Virus record (IMG/VR): IMGVR_UViG_3300027969_000050
Location: 64,001-128,000 of that record
DNA from: a virus
Reading direction: 5' to 3' (one strand)
Length of the DNA: 64,000 bases
Shown here: piece by piece, positions 35,881 to 45,548 of the stretch
How positions within the stretch are numbered: the stretch's first letter is position 1
Layout: every line of letters begins with the position of its first letter
The notes under the pieces: generated by a model
What the model was told of the DNA's origin: nothing
Databases searched by the model: none
The model's input: the letters and a program-made list of their open reading frames with translations, nothing else
Translations under genes and position numbers: made by a program

Positions 35881-38101
35881 TCAGGGTATATTTCTTAGCT
35901 TTCTTAGCTCTAGGTAATTTCTCAACAGTATCTTTGTCTCTTTTTTCTACTTCTCGGACAGTATGAGGTGTTTCCTCTTCGCTGTCAACTGTATCTTTAT
36001 TATCTTTGCTTGATTGCTTTTCTCCTGATTGATTTTTTGACATAGACGGCATGCCCGGACGACGTTCAAACGAAGCTGGAGGGGCCTGACCGTTTCCTAC
36101 GCCACCGGGCATTCCTCCCGGTCCCGGAGCAATAGCTGGTGGGCCTCCACCGGGTACGCCTCCGCCAATTCCATTTGGTCCCATGCCACCCGGCTCCTGC
36201 GGCATGACCATTTTCTCGCCAGCATTTCCTCCACCGGGACCTCCGGGAGGGCCACCGCCTCCGGGAGGAGGGCCACCGGGAGGACCACCGGCAGGGCCGC
36301 CGGGAGGACCACCGGGAGGAGGGCCACCGGGCAACATACTTCCCTGCGGGCCAAGCTCCTTGTCCAGAACCGTTTCGACTTCTGCCTTGAGGTCTGGCGG
36401 AATAGGAAGGTTGGCTGCGTGAAGCGCTTTGTAAGTCTTCATCTTTGCGTCCTGCTGCGCGATAGTCTTCTGGACAAGCTCGTCGTTGTATTCGCCAAGC
36501 ATGTCGTCGAACTGGAAGTGAACGCCAAACATGAGCTTCTCGTCTGGTACCGGAACGCCCATTGCGCGTAGCGTCTGCAAGAACTGACGCTCAGTGGCCT
36601 CATCACGAAGGTCAAGGGTTCGGAATTGAAGGTCAGGAATAAGAAGCTTGTGCTTCTCTACGATGCGCTTGGTGCCGTCCTCGTCATACTCGACAACCTC
36701 TTCCATGATTGGCACGCGGGTAGATCCACGCTTTTCATAGTCATAGTGTCCCTGAGCCTCTGCGACAACGGCAGCGCGATCTTTGTAATGCTTAATCAGA
36801 TAGCCTTGATAGGTGCGGAGGATCTGGTTAAGGAACTCTGCTTGGAGAGCGGAAGAGGCATACGGCGTAGCAGAAGAGCCAGCCGAGAGAAGGCTTGGGT
36901 TGACGCCAAAGATCTGCATGATGCGGCGCTCGATGCGGTCAAAGTCGTCTCCGAGGCGAGGCATCTGCTCACGACCAAAGACGCTCTCAACCTCGATACC
37001 GAAGTGGTGAACAAGAAGGCGGAAGTCCGAAGAAAGAGCCATGTCCATGTCGTCACGGAAAACTTCAAGCTCGTCTGGGCTAGGAATCCAAGGACCCTGA
37101 CCGTCCTGAAGGTCCATAATTCCAAGCTTTGCAAGGATAAGCGGCGAGTAGAGGCGCTCAGCAATTGCGTCCTGAGATGCCAATAATTTTTCTTCGTGAA
37201 TTAGGGTCCTGAGTCCCCGGAGAAGAATTGGCGTTCCATGATCGTCCCAGTTAGTCGTCTTATTGGCGACTTGCTTCAGCAGAACGTTGGAAATCGGGAT
37301 GTGATCGCCCTTACGAAGGTAAGGAATTAATTCCGGGAAGTTCATTTCAAGCTGCTTGTACTCCTTTGCAGGAGATTTTGTCTGAGCAAGCTTCTTCAGG
37401 TACTCGGGCGGAACAATTTTTAGCTGCGTGCTGCCAAGAAGAGGAAAATTCTCAATAACCACGTCTTCTGGGTTAATTAGTTCCTCGCGCTCCCAAATAC
37501 CAAGATCCTCATCAAACGAGCCAAGAGGGAAGGCCTCGCCAACAGTCCAGAATTCACGGCCAAGACCAACCAAAAACTCTGGGTAGTCGAGCTGGCCGAT
37601 AAAGAGGTCCTCGTAAAAATCTTTTAGCTTGGGGTCCTTGCACTCAACGTCCATGCCAACGAGCGGGAAACGAGTGAAAATGTCAATCAGGATTGGTACT
37701 AGGTAGTGGGTCGAGTAATAAAGTCGAAGCCACTTGTGAAGCTTATGGCGATGACCCTCGTCGGCCATGTTCCAAGGCAGACCAGAAAGATCCCAATATT
37801 CAATAGGGTCATAGAAACGAGGAATAGCCGCGAAGGTATCTCCGCCGCCCATGCTGCCCGTCTTGCGACCGCTAAGACGACGCTGATCGCCCATAGCCCG
37901 CATCAGGCGATTGTTTGCCTCGATCTCTGAGGCTTGTTTAGTTGTAGAGCCAAGCATATCTGCATGGCGAGCGTCCTTAGTCATAGACGCCATCTCTGAA
38001 TAAGTAGAGGCTTCGAGGCGAGCGCGAGTCGCGTTCTTAGGAACGGCAACTCCAAGTTTCTTTAAATGCTGAACCTGCGCATCTAATTTAGAGGTATCCA
38101 T
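35867..38101 (-). CDS. Portal protein with Gly/Pro-rich C-terminal tail
   Basis: Y.TH.LV...ID.F..FP, E.W..GEAF, GTPIL.R, AIAERLYSP..LAKLG; position relative to terminase. Confidence 0.75.
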   Translation of the reverse strand: MDTSKLDAQVQHLKKLGVAVPKNATRARLEASTYSEMASMTKDARHADMLGSTTKQASEIEANNRLMRAMGDQRRLSGRKTGSMGGGDTFAAIPRFYDPIEYWDLSGLPWNMADEGHRHKLHKWLRLYYSTHYLVPILIDIFTRFPLVGMDVECKDPKLKDFYEDLFIGQLDYPEFLVGLGREFWTVGEAFPLGSFDEDLGIWEREELINPEDVVIENFPLLGSTQLKIVPPEYLKKLAQTKSPAKEYKQLEMNFPELIPYLRKGDHIPISNVLLKQVANKTTNWDDHGTPILLRGLRTLIHEEKLLASQDAIAERLYSPLILAKLGIMDLQDGQGPWIPSPDELEVFRDDMDMALSSDFRLLVHHFGIEVESVFGREQMPRLGDDFDRIERRIMQIFGVNPSLLSAGSSATPYASSALQAEFLNQILRTYQGYLIKHYKDRAAVVAEAQGHYDYEKRGSTRVPIMEEVVEYDEDGTKRIVEKHKLLIPDLQFRTLDLRDEATERQFLQTLRAMGVPVPDEKLMFGVHFQFDDMLGEYNDELVQKTIAQQDAKMKTYKALHAANLPIPPDLKAEVETVLDKELGPQGSMLPGGPPPGGPPGGPAGGPPGGPPPGGGGPPGGPGGGNAGEKMVMPQEPGGMGPNGIGGGVPGGGPPAIAPGPGGMPGGVGNGQAPPASFERRPGMPSMSKNQSGEKQSSKDNKDTVDSEEETPHTVREVEKRDKDTVEKLPRAKKAKKYTLIDDE

Positions 38102-38268
38102 GACTATCCTTTACGGCCCAGAAGTTGCATTACATAACGCTATCGCATAAGCGTTACAAATACAACTGTTACTTTTTACAGGGACACTCTGCACACCGAA
38201 AAGATACAACCCAGCGCCAGAGATTAATACGTTTAAAGTTACCGCAACAGGTTGAGCAGGAACAGCCC

Positions 38269-40290
38269 TTACAGCTCATTTAGCCACGAGCGAGAGTCTT
38301 CTTCCGAAGCCTTCTTGCTGTTAGGAAGCTTTCCTAGAACCTCGTCGTCAATCTGATCACTTGCCTCAGCAAGCTCCTTATTGACTTTTTCGCTGTCGGT
38401 AAGCTCTTCTTTTTTCTTGCTGTCCTTCTCGAGGTTTTCCATGGCGTTCAGCTCAGTGGCGCGCTCTTTGGCCGCCTCTTCAGTGGCAAAGGGACCGGCT
38501 GCCTTCTCGTCGCCATCTTCAATGACGAAGAACTTGCCGTCTTCTTCCTTTACTGAGTGAGCGGCGGCAGTAACGCTTCCGCCCTTGTTAAGCATTCTCG
38601 GGTCGCCTATCGAGTTCTGAATTTCTTCCGGGGTCATCTTGTTACCGTCGGGTCCGGTTGGCCTTGCTCCGCCGAACGGATCTCCCTGCATAACAGCGTC
38701 AGATGGCTGCTCGCCAAGAGGCTGAAGGACATGCTCGTTAAAAGCCGCCCCTGCGCCTTCGGCTGCATTTGCAACGCCTTTGGCGACACCCATAGCGGCG
38801 TCTACAGGGGTAGGAGGGGCCGGAAGCCCTGCGGCTTCAAGTCCCTTGTTTAGCATCGCGCCTGCGGGATTAGTAACCATATTGGTTGCGTCCTTAGCAG
38901 CGTCACCAATATCTCCAAGGAGATCGGCGGTATGCATGTTCAGCGCGTCCGTTGAGGACATGGTATGCGGAGTTACAGGATCGGCCTGACCCTTGTCAGG
39001 AAAAGTCTTAGTGTTCTCGGTCCCATCAACATTTTTATCAGTGTTGAAACCAGCGTTGTCGTCAGCGGTAGGAAGCTTCTCCTCCGTAGTAACAGCCTTA
39101 GTCTGCTCAAGAACAGCGTCCTTAGTTGCCTGACCAAGCGAATCAGTCTTCGAGTAGTCTGGGCGTTCAGGCGCGTCCTGATGAACAGTCTTGTAAGGAC
39201 CAGCGTCAGTGTCAATTGGCTCAAGGCCATTCCACTGCTTCTTGTCAATCTTAGGGGAAGGACCTTCTGGCTGCTCAACGTTCTCATTCTTTACCCAAGA
39301 GTCGCCGTCAGTTACTGCCGTGATCTCCCAAGATGCGTTGTGCGATGCAAGAACAGGTTCAGGAGACTCTGCCTCAACTGAATCCATGTCTACTTCCCAG
39401 TCGCCAACAGCGCTAGGGGCATTGTCAAGCTCAGCAAGAGTGGCCTGATCATTTGCTGGTTCATCAAAAGTTTCTTCTGCCTGAGGGGCATCAAGCTCAT
39501 GCGACTGCTCGCCCTGCTCGGCAAGTTCGCGCTGCTCTTTACGCTCAAGGCGGTCGGTTTCCTTCTGATCCCAATAAGACTGAGCAACCATTGGCGGCTT
39601 AAAGTTACATTTATCTTCATAGCCACCGCCGCAATGCGAGTCGCCGCCTACGAGAGGGGCGAAAGCTGCGTACTGAGGCTCACCAACCTGAAGCGAAGCG
39701 TTTACAAGTTCCTTGTGATAAGGACACATTTTTGGGCGACGGGCCTCTTTGACAGAACCTTCTTGCTTGCGCTTATGTCGCTTCTCAATGGCGTCGTAAT
39801 ACTCATCGGGAATTTCATCCATGCCACGATCAAGTTCGTTCTCAGTAAATGGTTCCTTGCGCTTATGAGGCCCTAAAGCTGGTTCCATACCGGGAGGTCC
39901 CATTCCAAGCGCGTGAGCGTCCTGTGCGCCTCGGCAACGAGGACACTCGTCAACGTCGTCCTCCTGAATCATATTACAGTTACTGCATTCCTCTCCTTCA
40001 GAGAGGTTCCTGCCGCCGTTAGCTAATTTTTTTTTAAGGAAAGATTCGCGAATGCTGGCGATGATTGGCTCGTGATCCTCAACGCCCTGCTCATCACAGG
40101 CATCGCGGATAGCATTGTCGAACTCTTCGCCAACAAGGTCAAGGCGCTCAGTAACAGTCTCAGCGTCAGTATCAGTAAGGAACTCACCAAAGCGATCAGC
40201 AACGCGCTTATTAGCAACTGCAATAGCCTTACGACGGGCAATACGGCCCATTTCGTCGTCTGCTGCTAGATGTTCAAAAAGTCCGCTCAT
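38269..40290 (-). CDS. Large acidic head-associated or scaffold-like protein
   Basis: Between terminase and portal; acidic, low complexity; probable start MSGLFE at 40290. Confidence 0.55.
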   Translation of the reverse strand: MSGLFEHLAADDEMGRIARRKAIAVANKRVADRFGEFLTDTDAETVTERLDLVGEEFDNAIRDACDEQGVEDHEPIIASIRESFLKKKLANGGRNLSEGEECSNCNMIQEDDVDECPRCRGAQDAHALGMGPPGMEPALGPHKRKEPFTENELDRGMDEIPDEYYDAIEKRHKRKQEGSVKEARRPKMCPYHKELVNASLQVGEPQYAAFAPLVGGDSHCGGGYEDKCNFKPPMVAQSYWDQKETDRLERKEQRELAEQGEQSHELDAPQAEETFDEPANDQATLAELDNAPSAVGDWEVDMDSVEAESPEPVLASHNASWEITAVTDGDSWVKNENVEQPEGPSPKIDKKQWNGLEPIDTDAGPYKTVHQDAPERPDYSKTDSLGQATKDAVLEQTKAVTTEEKLPTADDNAGFNTDKNVDGTENTKTFPDKGQADPVTPHTMSSTDALNMHTADLLGDIGDAAKDATNMVTNPAGAMLNKGLEAAGLPAPPTPVDAAMGVAKGVANAAEGAGAAFNEHVLQPLGEQPSDAVMQGDPFGGARPTGPDGNKMTPEEIQNSIGDPRMLNKGGSVTAAAHSVKEEDGKFFVIEDGDEKAAGPFATEEAAKERATELNAMENLEKDSKKKEELTDSEKVNKELAEASDQIDDEVLGKLPNSKKASEEDSRSWLNEL

Positions 40291-40480
40291 AGTGATTATG
40301 CCTAAAGAGATCCGATTCGAATAAACTTCGCTTCCGACTCGCCCTTCATCTTGGAAAGCCCCATAACTTCTTTGCAATTTGTGCAAATAACTACTTTGGG
40401 GGGCCATTCCCAGCCCTGCATCATAAGTTCGCTCCCGCACTCATGCTTAATCTGCATGGTGAAGGTGAACTCTGGCTGCA

Positions 40481-41800
40481 TTAGCCGAAAAGAATGTCGT
40501 CTGGAAGATTCGAATGATCTGTTTCTGCGGCAGCCTCCTTCTTGGCTTTGGTCTTGCGATTCAAAATTTCTTTACGACGCAGGGTCTCAACTCGGTCAAT
40601 CCAAGCAGTCTCAAAAGAGTCGCGGGCGTCGGGGTTAGCGCCAGCGGTCTTTGAACGAATGTGGCTAGAAGCCATTTCACGAGTTACGCCCGAGTCGGCT
40701 AGAGCCGGGGTCTCAAGCTCAGCTACAAAAGCCTCTGGGCCTTCGCTCATCAACTTGTCGTAGTCAGTGTGGTTAGCTTCGCTGACCATGTTTGAGAACG
40801 TGTCGTCAAGCCAAGTACCGTCGTTTCCGCCCAGCGAAGCCTGCTCGGCAACGTGCATGGTCGGTGGGCGGTAAGCCTCAGTGGTTTCATCGTTAATGTG
40901 ATCAAGAGCGGCAACGACCTCGTTAAGCTCAGTGCCAGCCTCAACAGAAATGTTGTCAAGCTCGGCCTCGTCAGCAAACGAGGCGCCGTCATTAGCAATT
41001 TTGACCTGAGCTTCGCGACGAATGCTCTTAAGCTCACCAACACGAGCGATAAGCGAGTCACGATCACCATCAGTAGAAGCATTTAGACGCTCACGAAGCG
41101 AAGCAGTAACAGAAAGAGCCTCTTCCTTCTCGCTCGCGTAGCGCATTTCGTCAGATACGGGGAACTGGACGATGCGCCCGTTCTCAAAACGTACCGTTAC
41201 GGTGTCGCCCCAAATGTCCTTGGTCTTACCAAGAATGCGACCCTTTAGGCCGTTAGGGGTAATGACGTGAGTTGCGTTTTTGCTCTGCGAGTCTTTGCAT
41301 TCTGAACAAACGCCATCTCCCTTAGCAACGTCTTTACCACAGTCATCGCAACAATCTAATTTCATTGCGCTTTTCTTGCTTCGATGATCATCGCATTTTT
41401 TGCAGGAACCCTTAGAGCATGGCTTGGTTCCGGGAACGCGGTCGTAACCGTCCCAGCAATCGCAATCTTTAGCGGACATGAGCTGCTGGGGAACTTGACC
41501 CTGAGCAATCGGGGTGTTGGGAGCCATTACGGTTCCGGGAGGGGCGACCTGATTAGGAATGCCACCGGGGGTTCCGGGAGGATTCACAATCGGGGTGGCC
41601 GGTGGGGTAGCTGGGGCCTGCTGCTGCTGCTGATCAACAGGCATTGGCGGTTGAGGTGCAGGCGCCTGAGGGGCGGGTGCCGCCTCGCGGACGAGAGTCT
41701 CTAGTTCTTCTACTGAATCAGCAGAAGCAACTACTTTGCCCTCCTTCATGGCGTGGGCCTTACCATCATTATCAAACACAAAGGTTAAATCAGAATTCAT
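40481..41800 (-). CDS. Head-associated hypothetical protein
   Basis: Pro/Gln-rich insert, CWDGY.RVPG.KP...GSC motif, CxxC pair. Confidence 0.6.
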   Translation of the reverse strand: MNSDLTFVFDNDGKAHAMKEGKVVASADSVEELETLVREAAPAPQAPAPQPPMPVDQQQQQAPATPPATPIVNPPGTPGGIPNQVAPPGTVMAPNTPIAQGQVPQQLMSAKDCDCWDGYDRVPGTKPCSKGSCKKCDDHRSKKSAMKLDCCDDCGKDVAKGDGVCSECKDSQSKNATHVITPNGLKGRILGKTKDIWGDTVTVRFENGRIVQFPVSDEMRYASEKEEALSVTASLRERLNASTDGDRDSLIARVGELKSIRREAQVKIANDGASFADEAELDNISVEAGTELNEVVAALDHINDETTEAYRPPTMHVAEQASLGGNDGTWLDDTFSNMVSEANHTDYDKLMSEGPEAFVAELETPALADSGVTREMASSHIRSKTAGANPDARDSFETAWIDRVETLRRKEILNRKTKAKKEAAAETDHSNLPDDILFG

Positions 41801-41844
41801 GGTCAACCATTACTATCTTGGTAGCGGATTATATGTAGCAATCT

Positions 41845-43893
41845 TTATCGACTGAAACGTCTGTACTTAGCAGGAGCGCCACGAGAGCGATTCGTATTTT
41901 TCTGTCTGTTGTAGCGAGAACCGGACCCAGCAGACCTTTGTTCGCCCATTCTTGCTGAATAAACTGAGTTGCCATCGTTGTCTCGAAGATCTGCATGCTG
42001 CCCGCCACCGATTTGATATCCACCTTCGGAACCCATACGAATTCCTTCGCCACCGAGGTCCGAACGAATGTCCCTAGCGATAGTGTTGCCAATTAAAGCT
42101 TCAGTGACTTCCATAACACAATCGGCCATATCCTTAGTTTGGACTGGTCCAACATCCTGCTTGGCAACCCTTGGAGTTCTAATCGATTTAAGTTCCTGAA
42201 GGAACTTAAGCTCTTCAGCACAGTACTGGGCGTTCTCAGTGTCATAAGGAGCGTGAACCAGCCCCTGATAAAGAGCCGTCCTGAAAACCTCTGCTCGATC
42301 CCAGTTGGCCTGTGCCGTAGCTGTCTTTTGATAAACGCGGGTGTCTCCGCCCCAACGCACTTGTCTTAGCTCCCTTCGCAACCAAGCGATAGGAAAGTCA
42401 GAGTTGAATTGGTCCATAGTCAGTTCATACGGCTGGAAGAATTGAATGAACTCCATGATCTCAGCAAGAATTGGCTCCCAGTCAATGACCTGACCCGGGA
42501 AGTCCTTGGGGTTCCAGCGCTTAATTACGTCGAACACCACATGCTCGCGTATTCTTCCGTCCTGCTCAATTTTTTCTGTGTGCGCCAAAGCGAAGCCGAA
42601 TCCAGCAGTTGTAGACGAAGGGTCCAGATGGGCTTTGTAACGATACTCGTAATAACCGGTGTTTAGGTTTGTTTTTAGCGGCTCGTGTCCAGTTCCATCC
42701 GGAAGAGGGCGACCCAAGAACATTTCTTCAACCTTTTCAGGCCGAAGATACGAGTCGATAACTTCGGAGAACTTGCCCCTGCGCTCCACTTTATATTTTT
42801 CTGGCTCCTGACGCTCCTCTTCTCGGGCAATCAAGATTCCCTGACGATCCTCCTCGACGAAGAAGGGCTTCTCCTCGTCAACTATTTTCATGTCCGGGTC
42901 CCAGTCAGGACTGACGGTAATACATTTCTTTGGACCCTTGTACTCGGGAGCGTCCCACCAGCCTTCAAACAAGGCCCAAGACGGGAACTGGATCCCCATC
43001 ATGAAAGGTGCGGATGGCTTATCGTTATCTACGGCCTGTGACTCCTCCCAGCGCTCATAAAACTTTCCAACCTTCGAATAAGGAGAGGAGTTGCAGAAAA
43101 TCATTGCGTCCTTGCCAAACTGGGCAAGCGACGGAATGGCGGCCTCGTAAACCTCGCTGGCTGACTGATAAGAGCCGCCCTCCTGAAGGTGGGCCATCTC
43201 GTCAAAACAAATTGCCATCGTGGCAGAACCACGAATAGTTGATGCGTTAGCCGGAAGGGCTGCGCCACGAAGTTTAGAAATGTCCCTCTGGACACGCCTT
43301 CCTTGCCGCTTGAAAGACTCGAGCTTCCTCAAGTCGGACTCCGTGGCGACAGAAAACTCAAGCTCTTGCAGCTTGCTGATGTACGGCTGCATGGCGATAC
43401 ACGAGTTAACCGTTGATGAAAAATCGGCGTACTGGTACTTCTTGGCTTGATCCTGAGATGAGGCGACGCAGGAGAAATAAATTTCTTTTTCTTTATCGAT
43501 TCCGTAATGGGCGCCCGGATCCTGAAGCGCCATAACGTCGAACATGCTCTTAGCAAGGGCGACGCCTGTAACGAAGCCCTTAGACGAACGGCGTCCTCCT
43601 ACCAGCACAACCTCGCGGAAATGGGAGTATTCTTCTGCCCTTAGGTATTCAATTCGCTCCCTGATCAAAGGCGAAATCTTAATCTCGCTTTGATTCCTTC
43701 CGCCATCAATCCAGCTATCGAGGATTGCCTCCTCGGCATCAGTTCGATCCTCTAAAAAAATTAATTTAAGAAGAAGCTTCTGCCTTGGGTAAAGCCGCTT
43801 TCCACAATACTTAGCCGATTCAGCGAACTCCTCAATCGTTACCTTCTTTTGGTTGAGGTTTGCGTCAAGCTGGTCAAGGATGTTGAAAGCCAT
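41845..43893 (-). CDS. terL: Terminase large subunit
   Basis: LYPRQ, Walker A GGRRSSK, Walker B ICFDEMAH, SSP, nuclease LDPS...DQFN...KDMAD. Confidence 0.9.
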   Translation of the reverse strand: MAFNILDQLDANLNQKKVTIEEFAESAKYCGKRLYPRQKLLLKLIFLEDRTDAEEAILDSWIDGGRNQSEIKISPLIRERIEYLRAEEYSHFREVVLVGGRRSSKGFVTGVALAKSMFDVMALQDPGAHYGIDKEKEIYFSCVASSQDQAKKYQYADFSSTVNSCIAMQPYISKLQELEFSVATESDLRKLESFKRQGRRVQRDISKLRGAALPANASTIRGSATMAICFDEMAHLQEGGSYQSASEVYEAAIPSLAQFGKDAMIFCNSSPYSKVGKFYERWEESQAVDNDKPSAPFMMGIQFPSWALFEGWWDAPEYKGPKKCITVSPDWDPDMKIVDEEKPFFVEEDRQGILIAREEERQEPEKYKVERRGKFSEVIDSYLRPEKVEEMFLGRPLPDGTGHEPLKTNLNTGYYEYRYKAHLDPSSTTAGFGFALAHTEKIEQDGRIREHVVFDVIKRWNPKDFPGQVIDWEPILAEIMEFIQFFQPYELTMDQFNSDFPIAWLRRELRQVRWGGDTRVYQKTATAQANWDRAEVFRTALYQGLVHAPYDTENAQYCAEELKFLQELKSIRTPRVAKQDVGPVQTKDMADCVMEVTEALIGNTIARDIRSDLGGEGIRMGSEGGYQIGGGQHADLRDNDGNSVYSARMGEQRSAGSGSRYNRQKNTNRSRGAPAKYRRFSR

Positions 43894-44315
43894 TACTTCT
43901 TTTTCTTAGAAGCTGTGACCTTACGAGTATTTACCTTTTCCTTCTCACCAAGATAGTCTTCGCCGCGAGCGGTTGCCTTGCGTACCTCATACTGCTTCTG
44001 CTCATGGTCGAACCCGTACTTGTGGATGCTGTCCGTTTTGACCTTGCCAATGATCTCAACCGTTGGAGGGTCGCCATCGTAGAAGGGAGCGATATCCACC
44101 TCTGCAACAATGTTGATGCCCATAAGCTTGGTTAGGATCTCGTCACGCATTTCACTGAGGTTGTCAGCGGTAGCCGGTCGGGCGGCGTAACGATTCTGTA
44201 TGGACTGGACAATTGAGAAGACTTCTTTGACCTCTGAGTCGAGCAGGTCGGCGGCCCAATAGGCCATCTGCTTCTCGGACTTAATTCGGTCGTCTGCTTG
44301 AGGATTAACTGACAT
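43893..44315 (-). CDS. Hypothetical protein coupled to terL
   Basis: TAATG coupling; AAAGGA SD. Confidence 0.7.
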   Translation of the reverse strand: MSVNPQADDRIKSEKQMAYWAADLLDSEVKEVFSIVQSIQNRYAARPATADNLSEMRDEILTKLMGINIVAEVDIAPFYDGDPPTVEIIGKVKTDSIHKYGFDHEQKQYEVRKATARGEDYLGEKEKVNTRKVTASKKKK

Positions 44316-44363
44316 TACGTTCCTTTCTTGAAACTTGACTGGTAAGGATTAATGGTCGGAGAA

Positions 44364-44388
44364 CGACGAAAGCCCGCTTTCGCGGGCC
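44364..44388 (-). terminator. Intrinsic terminator
   Basis: GCCCGC-GAAA-GCGGGC followed by TTTCGT on the minus strand. Confidence 0.7.
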
Positions 44389-44411
44389 TCCGAAGATTCT
44401 ATACTTTACTA

Positions 44412-45062
44412 TTAGTTATGGAACTCGTTAGCGATCCATTGACCGATTGACGAGTGGCGGTTTAACAGTCGAAGCGTTTGGCGATCAGATAGATCAATCC
44501 AACTGTAGCTCGCGGTGTCAAGCTCAACGATTGCGTTGGCCGAGTTCTTAACACGAACACCGGCAGAGCGATTCAACGCCCTGATGCCGACCGTTGTGGC
44601 GTTAACCGACTGGACGTACTGTCCAATTGAGCGGTGGTCGCCTAGCCTAGTACGATTATAAAGACCGTCATTCGGATCGTCGTTTCCGCTAACTGTTGCT
44701 CCGAGGTTGATATTTACGCAGTCGCTCGGATCGGTCCTGAGAAGAAGACCGAGATCATAGAGGCCATACACACTATTGCTATTACGAAAACCCTTGACGC
44801 GAACACGAGCGCTAATGCTCAAGGCGCGAACGGAAATGGTTGGCGAAACCGCCGTAAGATCGCGCTCGGCGGGCGTTCCGTTATCGCTTTCAATAGTGAG
44901 GTGCTGGCCAATTGAAGAGTGACTGTTGAGCTGCTTACGGTTATAAGCGTCATCAAGGTCAATCCAACGGCTCGTGGTTGTCGAAAGATTCTTGTATGTA
45001 CCGTCGTAGGTCTTTACGCGAATCTTAGCGGAGCGGTTTAGTGCGATAATTTCTGTTTTCAT
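44412..45062 (-). CDS. Triple-repeat protein (possible virion decoration)
   Basis: Three copies of I.AL..SA..RVK...(W)I.L....R..L..H.SIGQ. Confidence 0.75.
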   Translation of the reverse strand: MKTEIIALNRSAKIRVKTYDGTYKNLSTTTSRWIDLDDAYNRKQLNSHSSIGQHLTIESDNGTPAERDLTAVSPTISVRALSISARVRVKGFRNSNSVYGLYDLGLLLRTDPSDCVNINLGATVSGNDDPNDGLYNRTRLGDHRSIGQYVQSVNATTVGIRALNRSAGVRVKNSANAIVELDTASYSWIDLSDRQTLRLLNRHSSIGQWIANEFHN

Positions 45063-45160
45063 TCGTTTCCTTTCAAGAGGTTTTAGCTAACCTATGCCCG
45101 CCGCAGGGTAACATAGGTATGAATGTATAAGTTAAACGATGGCTTTTGTCAAAAAGATAG

Positions 45161-45538
45161 CTAGTTGTCTAGCGCGTTGTCTCGTATCTCAATGTGCTGA
45201 TCCGGATTGGGAGCAAGCTCAACTATAAGACTCTCGGGTATCTTAGTGAGAAAGCGCTCCCTATTAGCTGGGGTCATGTTTGCGTCAATGGTCGTAATCT
45301 CATGCTCTCTGCACCAATCTGGAACAATTGCTAATAGGCGCTGAAAAAGCCCCGAGCCATTCGAAAATAAGCTCATGGCCATGAACAGTCCCTCTGAGAC
45401 TCGAAACTGATAAAAAGAACCATCTTTTAGCGTTCCCTTGGCATCAAAGCACCATGCCCCCTCCACGCCTAAGTCCTCAACTTCAAATATGCCTTCGCCA
45501 AACAACCTGCAAAGTTCATTTACATCTTCAATTAACAT
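45161..45538 (-). CDS. Hypothetical protein, possibly GNAT-like
   Basis: GSGLF..LL....DWC..H.I..I. Confidence 0.5.
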   Translation of the reverse strand: MLIEDVNELCRLFGEGIFEVEDLGVEGAWCFDAKGTLKDGSFYQFRVSEGLFMAMSLFSNGSGLFQRLLAIVPDWCREHEITTIDANMTPANRERFLTKIPESLIVELAPNPDQHIEIRDNALDN

Positions 45539-45548
45539 GCCTGCCCCC

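Noticed and set aside
40291-40440. N-terminal extension of the 723-aa ORF (likewise 6260-6382, 12592-12774, 53793-53972, 59673-59741)
   Set aside because: Composition, SD or promoter positions favour the downstream starts
38269-41800. Major capsid protein or prohead protease call
   Set aside because: No recognisable HK97-fold or protease motifs; these genes probably lie outside the window
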